This document shows positions 35,301-47,300 of a stretch of DNA of 64,000 bases, in pieces. The notes below the pieces were generated by a model. That model made no database searches, was not told the origin of the DNA, and worked only from the letters and a program-made list of their open reading frames with translations. The stretch comes from Heteronotia binoei. Its lineage: Eukaryota. The position numbers and the translations under genes are program-made. The first letter of the stretch is position 1; each line of letters opens with the position of its first letter. The stretch is taken from positions 36,394,001 through 36,458,000 of the forward strand of contig NC_083231.1 of assembly GCF_032191835.1 (NCBI RefSeq), in the 5' to 3' direction.

Positions 35301-38300
35301 ATTGGGTGGCCAAAAACACTTTAATAAGCTCTTGTGGGAGAGACTCAGCAGCTCGACAAACCATTTCCACAAAGCAAAATACTTTGCAAGAAAGCAACTA
35401 CAATACAAGGTGCTCTAGACCTTGGTTCCAATGACAATGTTGTCCTCATGCTTCTCTCTGGCCACTGTGAAGGCTTTTGTCTATCATTGGCACTTCTCTG
35501 CATGTGTAAGGGCTCCTTGGACAGGTGGAAATACTAGTGGCAGAGGAAGCAAGCACCATAGCAAAGGAATACTGATGCAGCAGCCAGAGAGAAGTGTGAG
35601 GGGCATGATGTCATAAGGATCCAAGCTATAGTACTTGGTAAAAGTCTATTTCTGAAAATTAAGTCTGTTCCTAGCCTGGAAGAGAAGTGGGTAAGCAAGC
35701 ATATTTTAAAATAAAGATTATACTTAATGGAAGAGAAGACAGTATAATTACTCAGGCCCCAACTTTGTGGTAGCCTATGCTGCTTTAAAAAAATTAAATT
35801 CAGTCATTTTCTCAAATGAAGAAATTATAACAGGGATTTCATTAAACAGCTTCCGGTGTAATGGCGTGGTGAAGCAGAGCAATCTTCCGAGCTCCGGGAG
35901 AAGCTCTGTTTTGCGGGGCATTTGGGAGGACTTTCCGGTGGGGAAGTACCTCCTAAAGAAGTGTCAGAAGACACATCGCAGTTTGGGGAGCTTTTTGGGA
36001 GTGGGGGGGGGGAGCGGAGGCTCCTCATCCAACCCCAGCTTGTCCCTGCAGCCGATGCCCAGCAACACCTTGGTGACTAACCGGGCCACCGGACAAGGGA
36101 GCGGACGGAGACAGCGTTTGATTTCCAATAAAGAAACAACAAAAAGAATCTGGAAGTCGAAATCTTGATCCCACGTGTGCCCATCGATGACTAAGACTGA
36201 GTTTAGCTGAAGTCGGCGGGTGAGTGTCTAGAACGGAGAGCGGAGAACGGAGAACAGAGAGCGGAGGAAAGCGGGGCGAAGTGAGGCGAGGCGAGCGGCA
36301 AGCGGTGTCAAATGGCAACGGCTGCGGCAGATGCGAGGCTGGTGTGTGCTTAAGGCGGAGGCGAAGGGTAGATATTCTGAGCTCCGAGTGGAAAGAAGGT
36401 AGAAATAAAAATATCCAGTGTTAAGACGGAGACGGGGAAGTCGGAGTGGAGCCAAATGTGCAGGAAAAGTAGAGGACGGACAGCGGTTGCGGCGGCAGTG
36501 ACTGAATTGTGAGAACGAGTGGACTGGGTGAGTGACCAGAGGTGGAGTGATGGAAAGAGGGGGTCTAAGAGGAAAATATAGTACAAAAATATCGGGAAAG
36601 GAAGAAATAAGGAGATATAAGGAAATATAAAAAGAAGGGAAAAGAAAAAGAAGTGGTGAATGGTGGAAAGTGCTATGTGGAACGAAGATTAATGGCGGCG
36701 CGGGTGTTGTTGAAAGTGAAAGTACAAGACGGGAGGAGGAATGGCGTCTTCTTCCAGGAGGGAAATTGTATAGACTGTGTGGAGAGTGGACTGAATAGTA
36801 CTGCCTAAAAGGATAAGAGAGAAAGTACAGAACTTGGGAGATATATAGCTGGCAAAGGGTGGGGAGATGGTTTTGAGCAGCAGTTTCGCTGCGGCTGTCT
36901 CCTCACTGAAGATGGGTTTTTGAGGCTTTTGAGACGTTTTGAGGCTTTTGAGACGTTGGAATAATCTGTGTAGCTAAAGACAATAATTAGAGCTACAAAA
37001 TCAGAAAGAACTGCAAGAAGAAAGGAAGAAGAAAGAAGAAAAAGGGAAGGAAAGAAAGAAAGGAAGAAAGAAAGTGCTTCATAGTGGAAGAAGAGGAGGA
37101 AGAAGGAACTAGAAAGGGTGAACTTAATATATGATGGATTATGGAATAGATAATTTAACTATATGGCAGAGAACTAAACATACATATATATATGCTGAAT
37201 AAGTGGAAAGAGGACTAGTGGATAGCTGATGGAATAGAAATAATAACTAATTGTGTAATAGTGTAATTGTATTATTGTATTATTTAATGAATTGAACTTA
37301 ATGTAATGAATGGAATTGATCTTAATTATATATGGTTTAGAGGAATTAATTGAATCCCCCTGAGAAAGGAGATTAAAATAAGAGACATAGGGTGTATGGC
37401 TTAGGGGTAGGTCAGGCCCCAACTTTGTGGTAGCCTATGCTGCTTTAAAAAAATTAAATTCAGTCATTTTCTCAAATGAAGAAATTATAACAGGGATTTC
37501 ATTAAACAGCTTTAATCTACAAATCCCACCTTTGAATAGTGAAATCAGCATTTTTCTTCCTGGCAGTCAGTTTCACAGAAAAGCTTTGAATTCAAGTCTT
37601 AAGATCAAATTTTCAGACAAAAGTTTCAACATTTAGGTGTGTGTGTATATCTATATGGAGCATGGGTTAGTTTTAGGTTGTTATGACATTTCACATTAAA
37701 TCATTTGCATTGGCGACTTCAGTTTCAAGTGCTGCAGTCAATTTCAGCTCTGATTTGACAAATTCTATAATGAAGAAAATGTGTCAAGCTAGGAAAAGGA
37801 ATCCCTCCAAAAATTTGCCTCATCACAATTAATTTCAGTAATTGAAAGTCCAGAATCTAGAATAAGACATAACTGCCAACATTTCTCTCATTAGGATGTG
37901 AAGTTGAAATCCTTGGAATCAGGCCTACCTACTGCCTACCATACTACAGTGTTCCAACAGATGCCAACTTCTCCAATGCCGTGAATAATGCTATTGAATC
38001 TCTGAGGTAAAAATAACCAAAAGCTATTCAGTTCCTTGGTGTGCTATGGACCCATTGTATAGTTGGAAGGCACATAAACTATAATATAGTGGGTTCAATG
38101 CAAGGAGGAGACATGGTTGCAGTGATCATAACTCTTTTTATTAGTTACAGCATGGTAATGGAGAAACTAGTTTACTGGTTTACTGGGCCAACAGGGCCAA
38201 CTATATATAGTTCAAGGTTCCTGAGCTAGGACGCCATTGGATCATTTAAACCAGTAGGAGGCCGTGACTGGAGCTGGGCAGCAGGGATTTGGATCCTACT

Positions 38301-41300
38301 GCCCATTGTTCCAGTCCCCAAGCTCTGACCTAAAGGCTCCAATGAGCCAGGCAGGAACATAGGTAAAAGCTAGGGTTGCCAAGTCCAGTTCAAGAAATAT
38401 CTGGGGACTTTGGGGGTGGAGTCAGGAGACATTAGGGGCGGAGCCAGGAGCAAGGGTGTGATAAGTATAAATGAACTCCAGGGGTGTTCTGGCCATCACA
38501 TTAAAAGGGATGGCACACCTTCTCAATTCCTTCCTTCCATAGAAAATAATGGATAGGGGCACCTTCTTTTGGGGCTCATAGAATTGGACCCCCTGGTCCA
38601 ATCTTTTTGAAACTTGGGGGGTATTTTGGGGAGAGGCACTAGATGCTATACTGAAAATTTGGTGCCTCTGCCCCAAAAAACAGGCCCCCCAAGCCCCAGA
38701 TACCTGCAAATCAATTATCTATGATTTTCTATGGGAATAATAGAGTTCCCAGCAGACATTTCCCCTCCTCCCCCCGCTTTCTGACGACCCTGAAGCGGGG
38801 GGAGGGTCTCCAAACCGGGGGATCCCCTGCCCCCACCTGGGGATTGGCAACCCTAATAAAAGCATCATTAGTCCACATACACAACATAAATTAAGCAGAC
38901 CTTGGTGTTCAGTGCTTGGACAGGAGACCTCTTGGGAATTCTATGTATACCAACTTGAGTTTTATGACTGAAGGAAAATGGGACAAAGGTAATAAATAGA
39001 TAAAATATATCAGAGGTATATATATATCACCTTTTCTTTGCAGCTCGAAGTTGTTTCCAGCAATATTGCAACATGCCATAAAAATCTAGAACAACCATCA
39101 GACAGCTTAAGACTAGTAAAACCAACAGCAAGGCCTCCAAACAGGGCAGAGATGGTGCAGCCCTTCCTTCAGCTTGCTGCTAGTTCCAGAAAAGTGAAGA
39201 TCCACACAAATGGATGAGACCAATGATGATAAAGATGGTTAATGGACACTGTAGGGGAAAACAGGTCTGTCACATGGGCATATATAGGCAGAGGCTGTCC
39301 CTCAGCTGACATATGAAGCTGACATACTATTAGTTCATCTAAGCTCAGAACTTCTCTTCTGACTGCCAGAAGCACCCTGGGCCTTCTTAAGCTGCTGTTT
39401 GCCTGGGAATCTTCCACCCAAGGGCCACTTCCCACATTACAAAGTTTTTGCATCAGACTCTCTGTCATCTCCTGCTCAACTTCCACTTTATTTTAATCTC
39501 TGTTCACATTTCATTTATCAAGTAAAAAGAAGTCAAGTTACTGAGATAAAAATCTAGCACTTATGCATAGGTTCCCCCAGTGTGGCCGACAACTACTCCC
39601 CAGGGCAATTTCAAGCAGGGAAAACAGCATAGGGGGGTAAGGCTTAAACCTCCTCTCCCTGCATGCCCTGGTTTCAATCCAAATGTGGGGCCTAGAAATC
39701 AGGTTCCAAGCATGGAACTCCCAGTATACATTCAGTCAACATAACTGGGGTGAACAAAGGAGAAGAGGACATGAGGGCTGTGTAAGTTAGCCAAAGAATT
39801 TTGTGATTGTAAGGTAGGCATGCAAACCATTCAATAGTTTCAGACAAAATGCTAAATACTGTTGGTAGTAAAACATTTGGGAATGTAGATATAGCAGACA
39901 GCTACTGATGGAGTGTAGGCTCCAGTGGAAAATTTCTGATTTCTGCTGAAGGAATTTTTTTGTTAACTTCCTCCCTCCTTCTTCAGCCCAGAATGCCCAC
40001 CAGTGCTGTTCCTGGGGGCCCTGTAGGGCATTTAGGGCTGCAGTGAGATGGGAAAGCAAGGAAGTCCTGCTCCACTGACAGAAATCCCATCCATCAATAA
40101 AGGTTTTCTCCAGGATCCAAGCCAGATGTTATAGGTCTCTGCTGTACAGCAGTACAATTGTAATACAATTCTTAGTGTTCCTCCCCCCCCAAATCTTGAA
40201 AATCCTCTTAATTCTCCACTGCTCAGGCTTCATACATTGGTTAAAAGAGTTTCACTTGGTCCAGTTTAACATTTGGAATACCTTGATGCCGTTCAATGAG
40301 ACTTTATGGAACTGTTCATGTTATTTTTGCATAAAAGGGAAATACATATATGTATTATATATATATATTATATAGTAATATAATACCTTTTTGAAAGCCC
40401 CGACAGATTTTTGGATAAGGGCAGAAATCTGGCTTAATGTTCACATTCACCAGAGCATTAAAAATGTTATTTCAAGGATCAGATTGTGCTGAATCACAAA
40501 CGCTGCATGAGATTTCATAATTATTTGCCTATACTTGCAAAAAAAATTTTTTGCAGGGTTGCTATCATTGTGATGTGCCAAATAATGATAGTTAATAAGT
40601 GCATCTTTATTTACTTCTTCAGAAAAGGCTATTCAGTATTCAGCACAGATGGTTAACTTTGTTCTGCTGCTTCTGACCAACACGGCTTCCCACCTGAATC
40701 TATTCGTAACATTGTTACCCTTTATGCCTTGACAAATCTCCTTGGTTATTGGATGTCCTATGGATTCAGCCTGTGCAGGATGGAGTTGTATTCCCCTTGA
40801 AGGGCTAGATTCTGATTTGGGCATTCTACTTGATCTTAGATTGCCATTGGAGGTTTAAATACTTAGGAATACCTTCTATCCACTTAGGCTGATAATACAA
40901 ACTGTTGGTATCCCCAGAGAGCTTTGATCTGGCTACAGTTACAAATGCACTGTTGAATTCTAGACTGGACTACTGTAATGTGCTATATGTGTGCATGCTT
41001 TTGAAAACTTCCCAGAAACTTCATTTTGTTCCCAATGAGATTTCTTATTTGTAGATGAGGATTAATTGCTTTTAACAAATTATGACATATTGGATAAAAC
41101 TGAGGAAAGAAGAATTATGTAAATTACATTGGGTCCCCATCAGGGAGAAGGGTAGAATATTAAAACATTAAAAATGTTATTTCAAGGATCAGATTGTGCT
41201 GAATCACAAACGCTGCATGAGATTTCATAATTATTTGCCTATGCTTGCAAAAAACCTACTGTTTTAGCATTTTTTTAATGTTTTAATAAATTGATTAAGT

Positions 41301-44300
41301 AAATAAAGAAACAATGCCAGTCTCGATGCAACTCCTTTCAATTTCAGGTTCAATTTAGAGTCATAGTTTTGACTTTAAAGTCAAAGATGGTTTGAGATAG
41401 AGGTATTTGAAGAACTACTTCCTCTATTAGAAATCTACCTACACTCTTGGGACAGCTGGAGAGACTATGCTCCATGTTTTTCTACCCTCAGAAATTTTGT
41501 GGGCAGGACTTATGGCAAGACTTTCTCAGTAGCTGGACTAACATTTGGAACTCCTATCCCTTTTCAATTTTGTTGTTGTTCAGTCGCACGGTCAAGTCCA
41601 ACTCTTTGCGACCCCATGGACAAAGTCACGCCAGGCCCTCCTGTCTTCCACCATCCACCGAAGTCTGCTCAAATTCGTGTTTGTTACATCAGTAATTTTT
41701 GTTACTGGTTTTGGACCATCTTTTACAGATTACATTGATTTTAATTCATTATATGTTACTGGTTTTATGATTTGTCATTTGTTACACTTTTTTTTATTTT
41801 ACTGTAAACCATGTTGGGAGATTTTCTAAAAAGTAAATTATAACTTATTTAAATAAATAACCAAGACAACCAAAGGCATTAACACCTTTAGCTGCTTTTA
41901 GAGATGCTCAAGGTGGCTCTTTGGCAGGATTAGGAAGGGCTATCTAGGGTTTTGACCAAGGATAGAATTATTAACTTTATTATTTAGGTGAATGATGCAG
42001 TGGGTAGAATGGTGCAAATTCACCAAGGGAAGACAAAAATTTAAAAAGATCCAGAAATAATGAAGAACATGGTCTTAACTGGAAGTTTCACTCTGGGCGT
42101 TTTCGCACTCACCTTAATCAGCAGCGATGCCCCTCTTCACCGCGCAGGATCTGCGCGGATTTCGCACTAATTGCCGTGGAGCACCCGGAAGAGCCGGAAA
42201 GTCCCGGCGCTTTTGCGGCGCAAACGGAAACTGGTTTTTGGCGGTTTCCGTTTGCGCCGCAAAAGCGCCGGGACTTTCCGGCTCTTCCGGGTGTTCCGCG
42301 GCAATTAGTGCGAAATCCGCGCAGATCCTGCGTGGTGAAGAGGGGGTCGCTGCTGATTAAGGTGAGTGCGAAAACGCCCAGAGTGAAACTTCCATCCAGA
42401 ATGGAAGGTCCAAGCAAGCATTTTTGTCAGAAAAACTTGAAATGCTGGGACATAATGGGATGTATAGTTGGCTCCAACTATTAGCTTTTCCACAGCCAAA
42501 AAAGGGAGGGCCATCAAAAAGGCTATGAGTCTCCTACCTAAAGCCTATACCAGAATCAGGCCTGGCCAGAGTCATCTGCAACACTATACTTTCTCCATCT
42601 GCAAAATGGATTAAAAATCCCAATTTGAATGCCATGCCTGGGGGGAAAATGCTAAAACAGTAGGTCACTTGTTTCTTACCTAAGCATTCTGTTGTGTTTC
42701 CACTTCAGGAGAGGCACAGCAGATATGGCAGCAGTGTATTATGAAAGGATCGATGTAGAAGGTCATCATTATGGGCCTTTGTCTGTTCAGAGGAAGAATG
42801 CTTTAAAAGCTGTGGACAATGTACTGCTCAATATGACTAAGTTTATCAAGGTCAGTATTACTCAGAAACTAAGCTGTCCTTTCCCCCCATGATATACACA
42901 TATTGAAGACACTTGGCTTGAGAGACCCTAAACTGCTTAAGTACCAGGTTTAGTCCCTGATTCCTCCAGTTACCTTGGGTAGTTGCTTGAGAAGGACATC
43001 TGAATGACACCTTGGAAATGGAGCATATAAGATAATATACTAGAAAGACCGTTTTTTGTTGAGGTGCCTCATTTACAAAACTCCACTGTTGTGTGCATTT
43101 CCTTGGCACCTACTCTTGAGTTTTAGGTGTCAGGTAAAAATCTTTTTATTTGACCAGGTCCTTACTAGCATATAAACTTTCAGAAACTGCCTTCTATTTC
43201 ATTTTGCTGTTAAAGCTGGTTTTGTACTGTTTTGTAAATGTTTGTTCTACTAATCTTGTTTTAGTTTCTAAGATTAGTTTCTTTTAATATTATTTTTGCC
43301 TTAATCTGCTTTCAACCTGTATAAGCCATCCCAAAAAACTTTTCATCTCAGTACATAGTACGTCTTTTCATGATGATCAAAACAACAAATATTTCTCAGA
43401 GAATGAAGTAATTTTCAACTGGAACCCTCATAGCCATGTGCCTGTCACTTCTGTGGCTTGGCAGCACCTAACACTTTTTTCCAATTAAATAAACTAATGT
43501 CAATATGAATTAGTATCATGCCCAGAAATAAGATTTAAATCAAATGCTCAAGGCAATTTGGTACTATCACTGCCATAACACTTTAATGACTTGTAGTTAA
43601 TAGCAACAAGCACTTTTATGAGGTTAGTAAATAAGTGGGGAAATAACCATCTAAATAATCATCTAAAAGGGAGTGGGGAAATAACCACTGTGTTCTAAAG
43701 GTAAATCTTTAGCCTTTTATGTGCCGGTGGTTTCCCTCATTTTTACAGCACCTGTAAAAATTGGGGTGGCTGTTACCATTATTTCCTGCTAGTGGGATTC
43801 CCAGAAGCTTCTGAATGGTTAGCATAGGAAACAGGACATAGTGATCTTGATGCTTTCTCTGCATTTTTAAGTATGCTACAGAATTATTAATGGATGTGGG
43901 AAGAAGGCAGACCCCAGAGTTTTGTAATTGTTGTTGAGGGAAAGACATTCTGTGCATGCCCAGAAGAAAGTTTCTTCCATAACAGTCTCTGCTGAAAACA
44001 AATTCTTAGGCTAAGTCCTAGTGAGATCTTTTCTTAAATTGAGTAACTAAAAAAGACAAATTCTAGAGGGGTAGCCATGGCAGTCTGTTGTGGCAAAACC
44101 AAACCCAAATCTCAACATGTATTGTACTGCCACTTCCGTTGTTAGAATCTATTTCATCAGATGCATGAAGTGAATTCTAATAAATAAATGCTCAGTCTGC
44201 ACGTATTGATACCCACAGAGAAAAAAATGTTTGCTGGTAAGGAAGAAAAGCAGTTGTAATTTCCATTAAAATGCATGCTGTGGAGCTATGATACCTTATA

Positions 44301-47300
44301 ATTAATTCATATTATATGCTACATTTTTAAAAATTCATATACAAGGGAAACAGAAAACTGGGGCTAAGCCCCCCTGAGTAAAATGGAACTTACTTCTAAC
44401 TTAAGATATCTGCTTAGAATATCTCCCAGAAGATCTGGTCAATTCTGTACCCTTTGATCTACTAAGATTCTGTACCTTCAACCTGATCAGGAGCTCAAGT
44501 GACTCTAGAAATTATTTCCAGGATAATTTCAGCTGCCCAATCTGACATTGCTTTCCTGCTTCCTTTTTTCCTCTTCAAGGAGCTAGCAGCAGAAAAGGAG
44601 GGGATAGAATAGAATGAAAAGGGAAAAGAGAGCAGGGACTACAATCACTACAATCACTTTTAACTGTAACTGGCTTCTCACATTACCCCAATTTTCCTTC
44701 CCCTATTAAGCATCCTGTAATCTGCCTTTGCTAGTTTGTTTCATGTTAGTAGACATATTTCAAAAGCCTTTTTTGCAGTTTAGTACTATTTGAGAGAGGC
44801 TGATGTTTCAATTCAGTGGAGCTTATTCTCAGGTTACAGTTGTTATTCTGTTCACAGTAACAGAAAGCTGAAGTGATTTGTTTAGCTATATTTGTTTGGG
44901 GGGTGTGGTGGCTCTTTGGCAGCCCTGATCACTTCCAGATTCTCAGCCAGACATGATGTCATGATATCATACAGCTTTGCTGCCCAGATCTCTGTCCCCT
45001 AAATATTCCCAGTGGTTGCCAGCACTTGGCTGGCAAACTACTCCCCATTGCAAGATACGTGTTCAATTTCATTTATTTCTGCTTAAATGTGACTTTATCT
45101 GAATCAAGGCCTAAACTGAGTGATGCTGACAGGCACATTCTTAAAAATAGCCTCTTTAGTACTGAGATTGAGAAAAGGTGCATTGCAGGTGGGGTATATC
45201 TGATTACCAAAATAAACATGGGGAACTGCACTGTGTACTTTTCAAACTGTAATCCACTGAGTTCACTATCTTGACAGGATAAGGGCCTGCAGAACAACCT
45301 GAATGTCATTCTTTTCTCTGATCATGGGATGACTGACATTTCCTGGATGGAAAAATTGATTGAGCTGAGAAACTGTATCAACATGAGTGACATTATACAA
45401 GTAAAGGACCGTGGCCCTGTTGTAAGCCTGTGGCCAGCCAAAGACAAGGAGCTTCAGGCAAGGAAAAAAGTCACCTTTTATCTTTCATGAATGTTCTTGT
45501 GGCAATCATTTAGTTTTTGCTTTGCTGTAGTTACTTACATACTTACATAGGGTTGCCAAGTCCCTCCTGTTGACCAGTGGGCGATAGGGTAGGATTTACC
45601 AGGAACAGGAGGAAGGCCCAGGTGACGTCATTGGTGACATGTCTACATCACTTCCAGCTTGCACCGGATGTGATGTCATCATATTGGTAATGTTGTGACA
45701 ATGCTCTGGTATTTGGGCAAAAAAAAATCTAATTTAGAAGCAATTTTGACTACAGAGTTTTTGCTCAAATACCAGAGCATGGCCATAACATCACCAATGT
45801 AATGATGTCACTTCCGGCCCTCACAGGAAGCGATATCACAATATCACTGATGGTGTAGCCTAGGCCTCCCTCTCTCTCCTGGTAAATCCTCTCACTGGCC
45901 AGCTGATTGGCAGCAGCGTTCAGGGCCTGGTGGCAGGGGACTTCTGCCTTCACAGGTGGGGTAGGCAACCCTATACCTACATATACTATTGGCGGGCTGG
46001 CCCTGTCTGCTGACATGGCAGTAACTTAAATTGGGAAAGCCATAAAATCTAATAGTGACTCAGAACATACCTCCATAATTCCAAGGCTATTCTACTGCAC
46101 CACAATCTACAGTGGTCTGCTTTTAAGGGCCATCTGGCAGCCTTACAATACAATCCTTGCAGTGCCATCTTAAGAAGAGTTACATCCTTCTAAGTCCATT
46201 GAAGTCAGTGGGCTTAGAAGTTGCAGCTGTGGCTTAGGGCAGTACTGCTGACCTCCTCCTGGGAGAGAATCACTGGGAGCATACCAGGGCTCCACTATCT
46301 GCACCGGATTTCTATTATCTTCCAGATAACAGTTCAGAGTTTGCATAACTGAAATACTTGTACTTCTCAAACATACCATTTTTCTGGATAAGCTTGCAGC
46401 AGGAAAAACAAAACAAGATTGGCAGAAGTCCAAGTAATATCCACTATTGTTTACAGCAGGACAATGTAGAGCAGAGGCAACTTTTGTAAGAAAATCTTTG
46501 AAGAGTTTTCCCATAAAGGTTAAATTCACGTTACTTAAAAATGGCAGCCTCTCTTATAGCAATGCTTTGCATTCAGTGTAATAATGCATGCTGCCATATA
46601 GCAAATATGTGCTCAAATGTCATGACTTTAATCTATTTGCAGGTCTATAACTTGCTGAAACATGTGCCACACATGACAGTTTACAGGAAGGAAGATATTC
46701 CTGACAGGTTCCACTATAAAAGGGGGAAATTTGTCTCACCTTTGACACTTGTGGCTGAAGAAGGATGGTTCATAGTGGAGGTAATCCCCTATGTGAACTT
46801 GTGACCTATTAGACAGAACACAGCCAGCACTGTGGCCTGATACATCACAGTGCCACTGTTTTTGCAATGATGAGTTGGTGACAGAAGCAAAACAAAAGAA
46901 GACACCAGGAAGTTTATGAGCCACTGGAGAACTGGTGATCACGGCTGATGACCTCTTGGTCACAATACATGGACTGATCTAAATTAGCTTAAATGATTTC
47001 CTAGCTGCTATTCACCACCTTTGGTGGCAAATGCATCACAGTAAGGATATATCACTCTCTAAAACTGCTATAGTATACCAGTGCAACTGCAACTCTGATT
47101 CATTAAGTGCTGAAAATATGAGCTGTGCCTTTTGAGATATTTGAAGGCAACCTGTTCATAGCTACTTGATTTACACTGCTGTCCTAAGCAGAACCTTCTA
47201 AGTCCATTAAAATCAGTCATTTTAGCTCACTCTGCTCAGGAAAGTGGCATGGTATAGCTCGATCTCATCAGGGCTCAGAAGCAGAGCAGGGTTGGTACTA

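Noticed and set aside
35455-35520. Second pseudo-exon resembling exon 2 (GHCEG..., gccactgtgaagg / atcattggcac / catgtg)
   Set aside because: Only scattered short matches, with no colinear continuation or splice sites; consistent with chance.
42118-42484. Mirror-image ORFs on both strands
   Set aside because: An artefact of the 315-bp palindrome.
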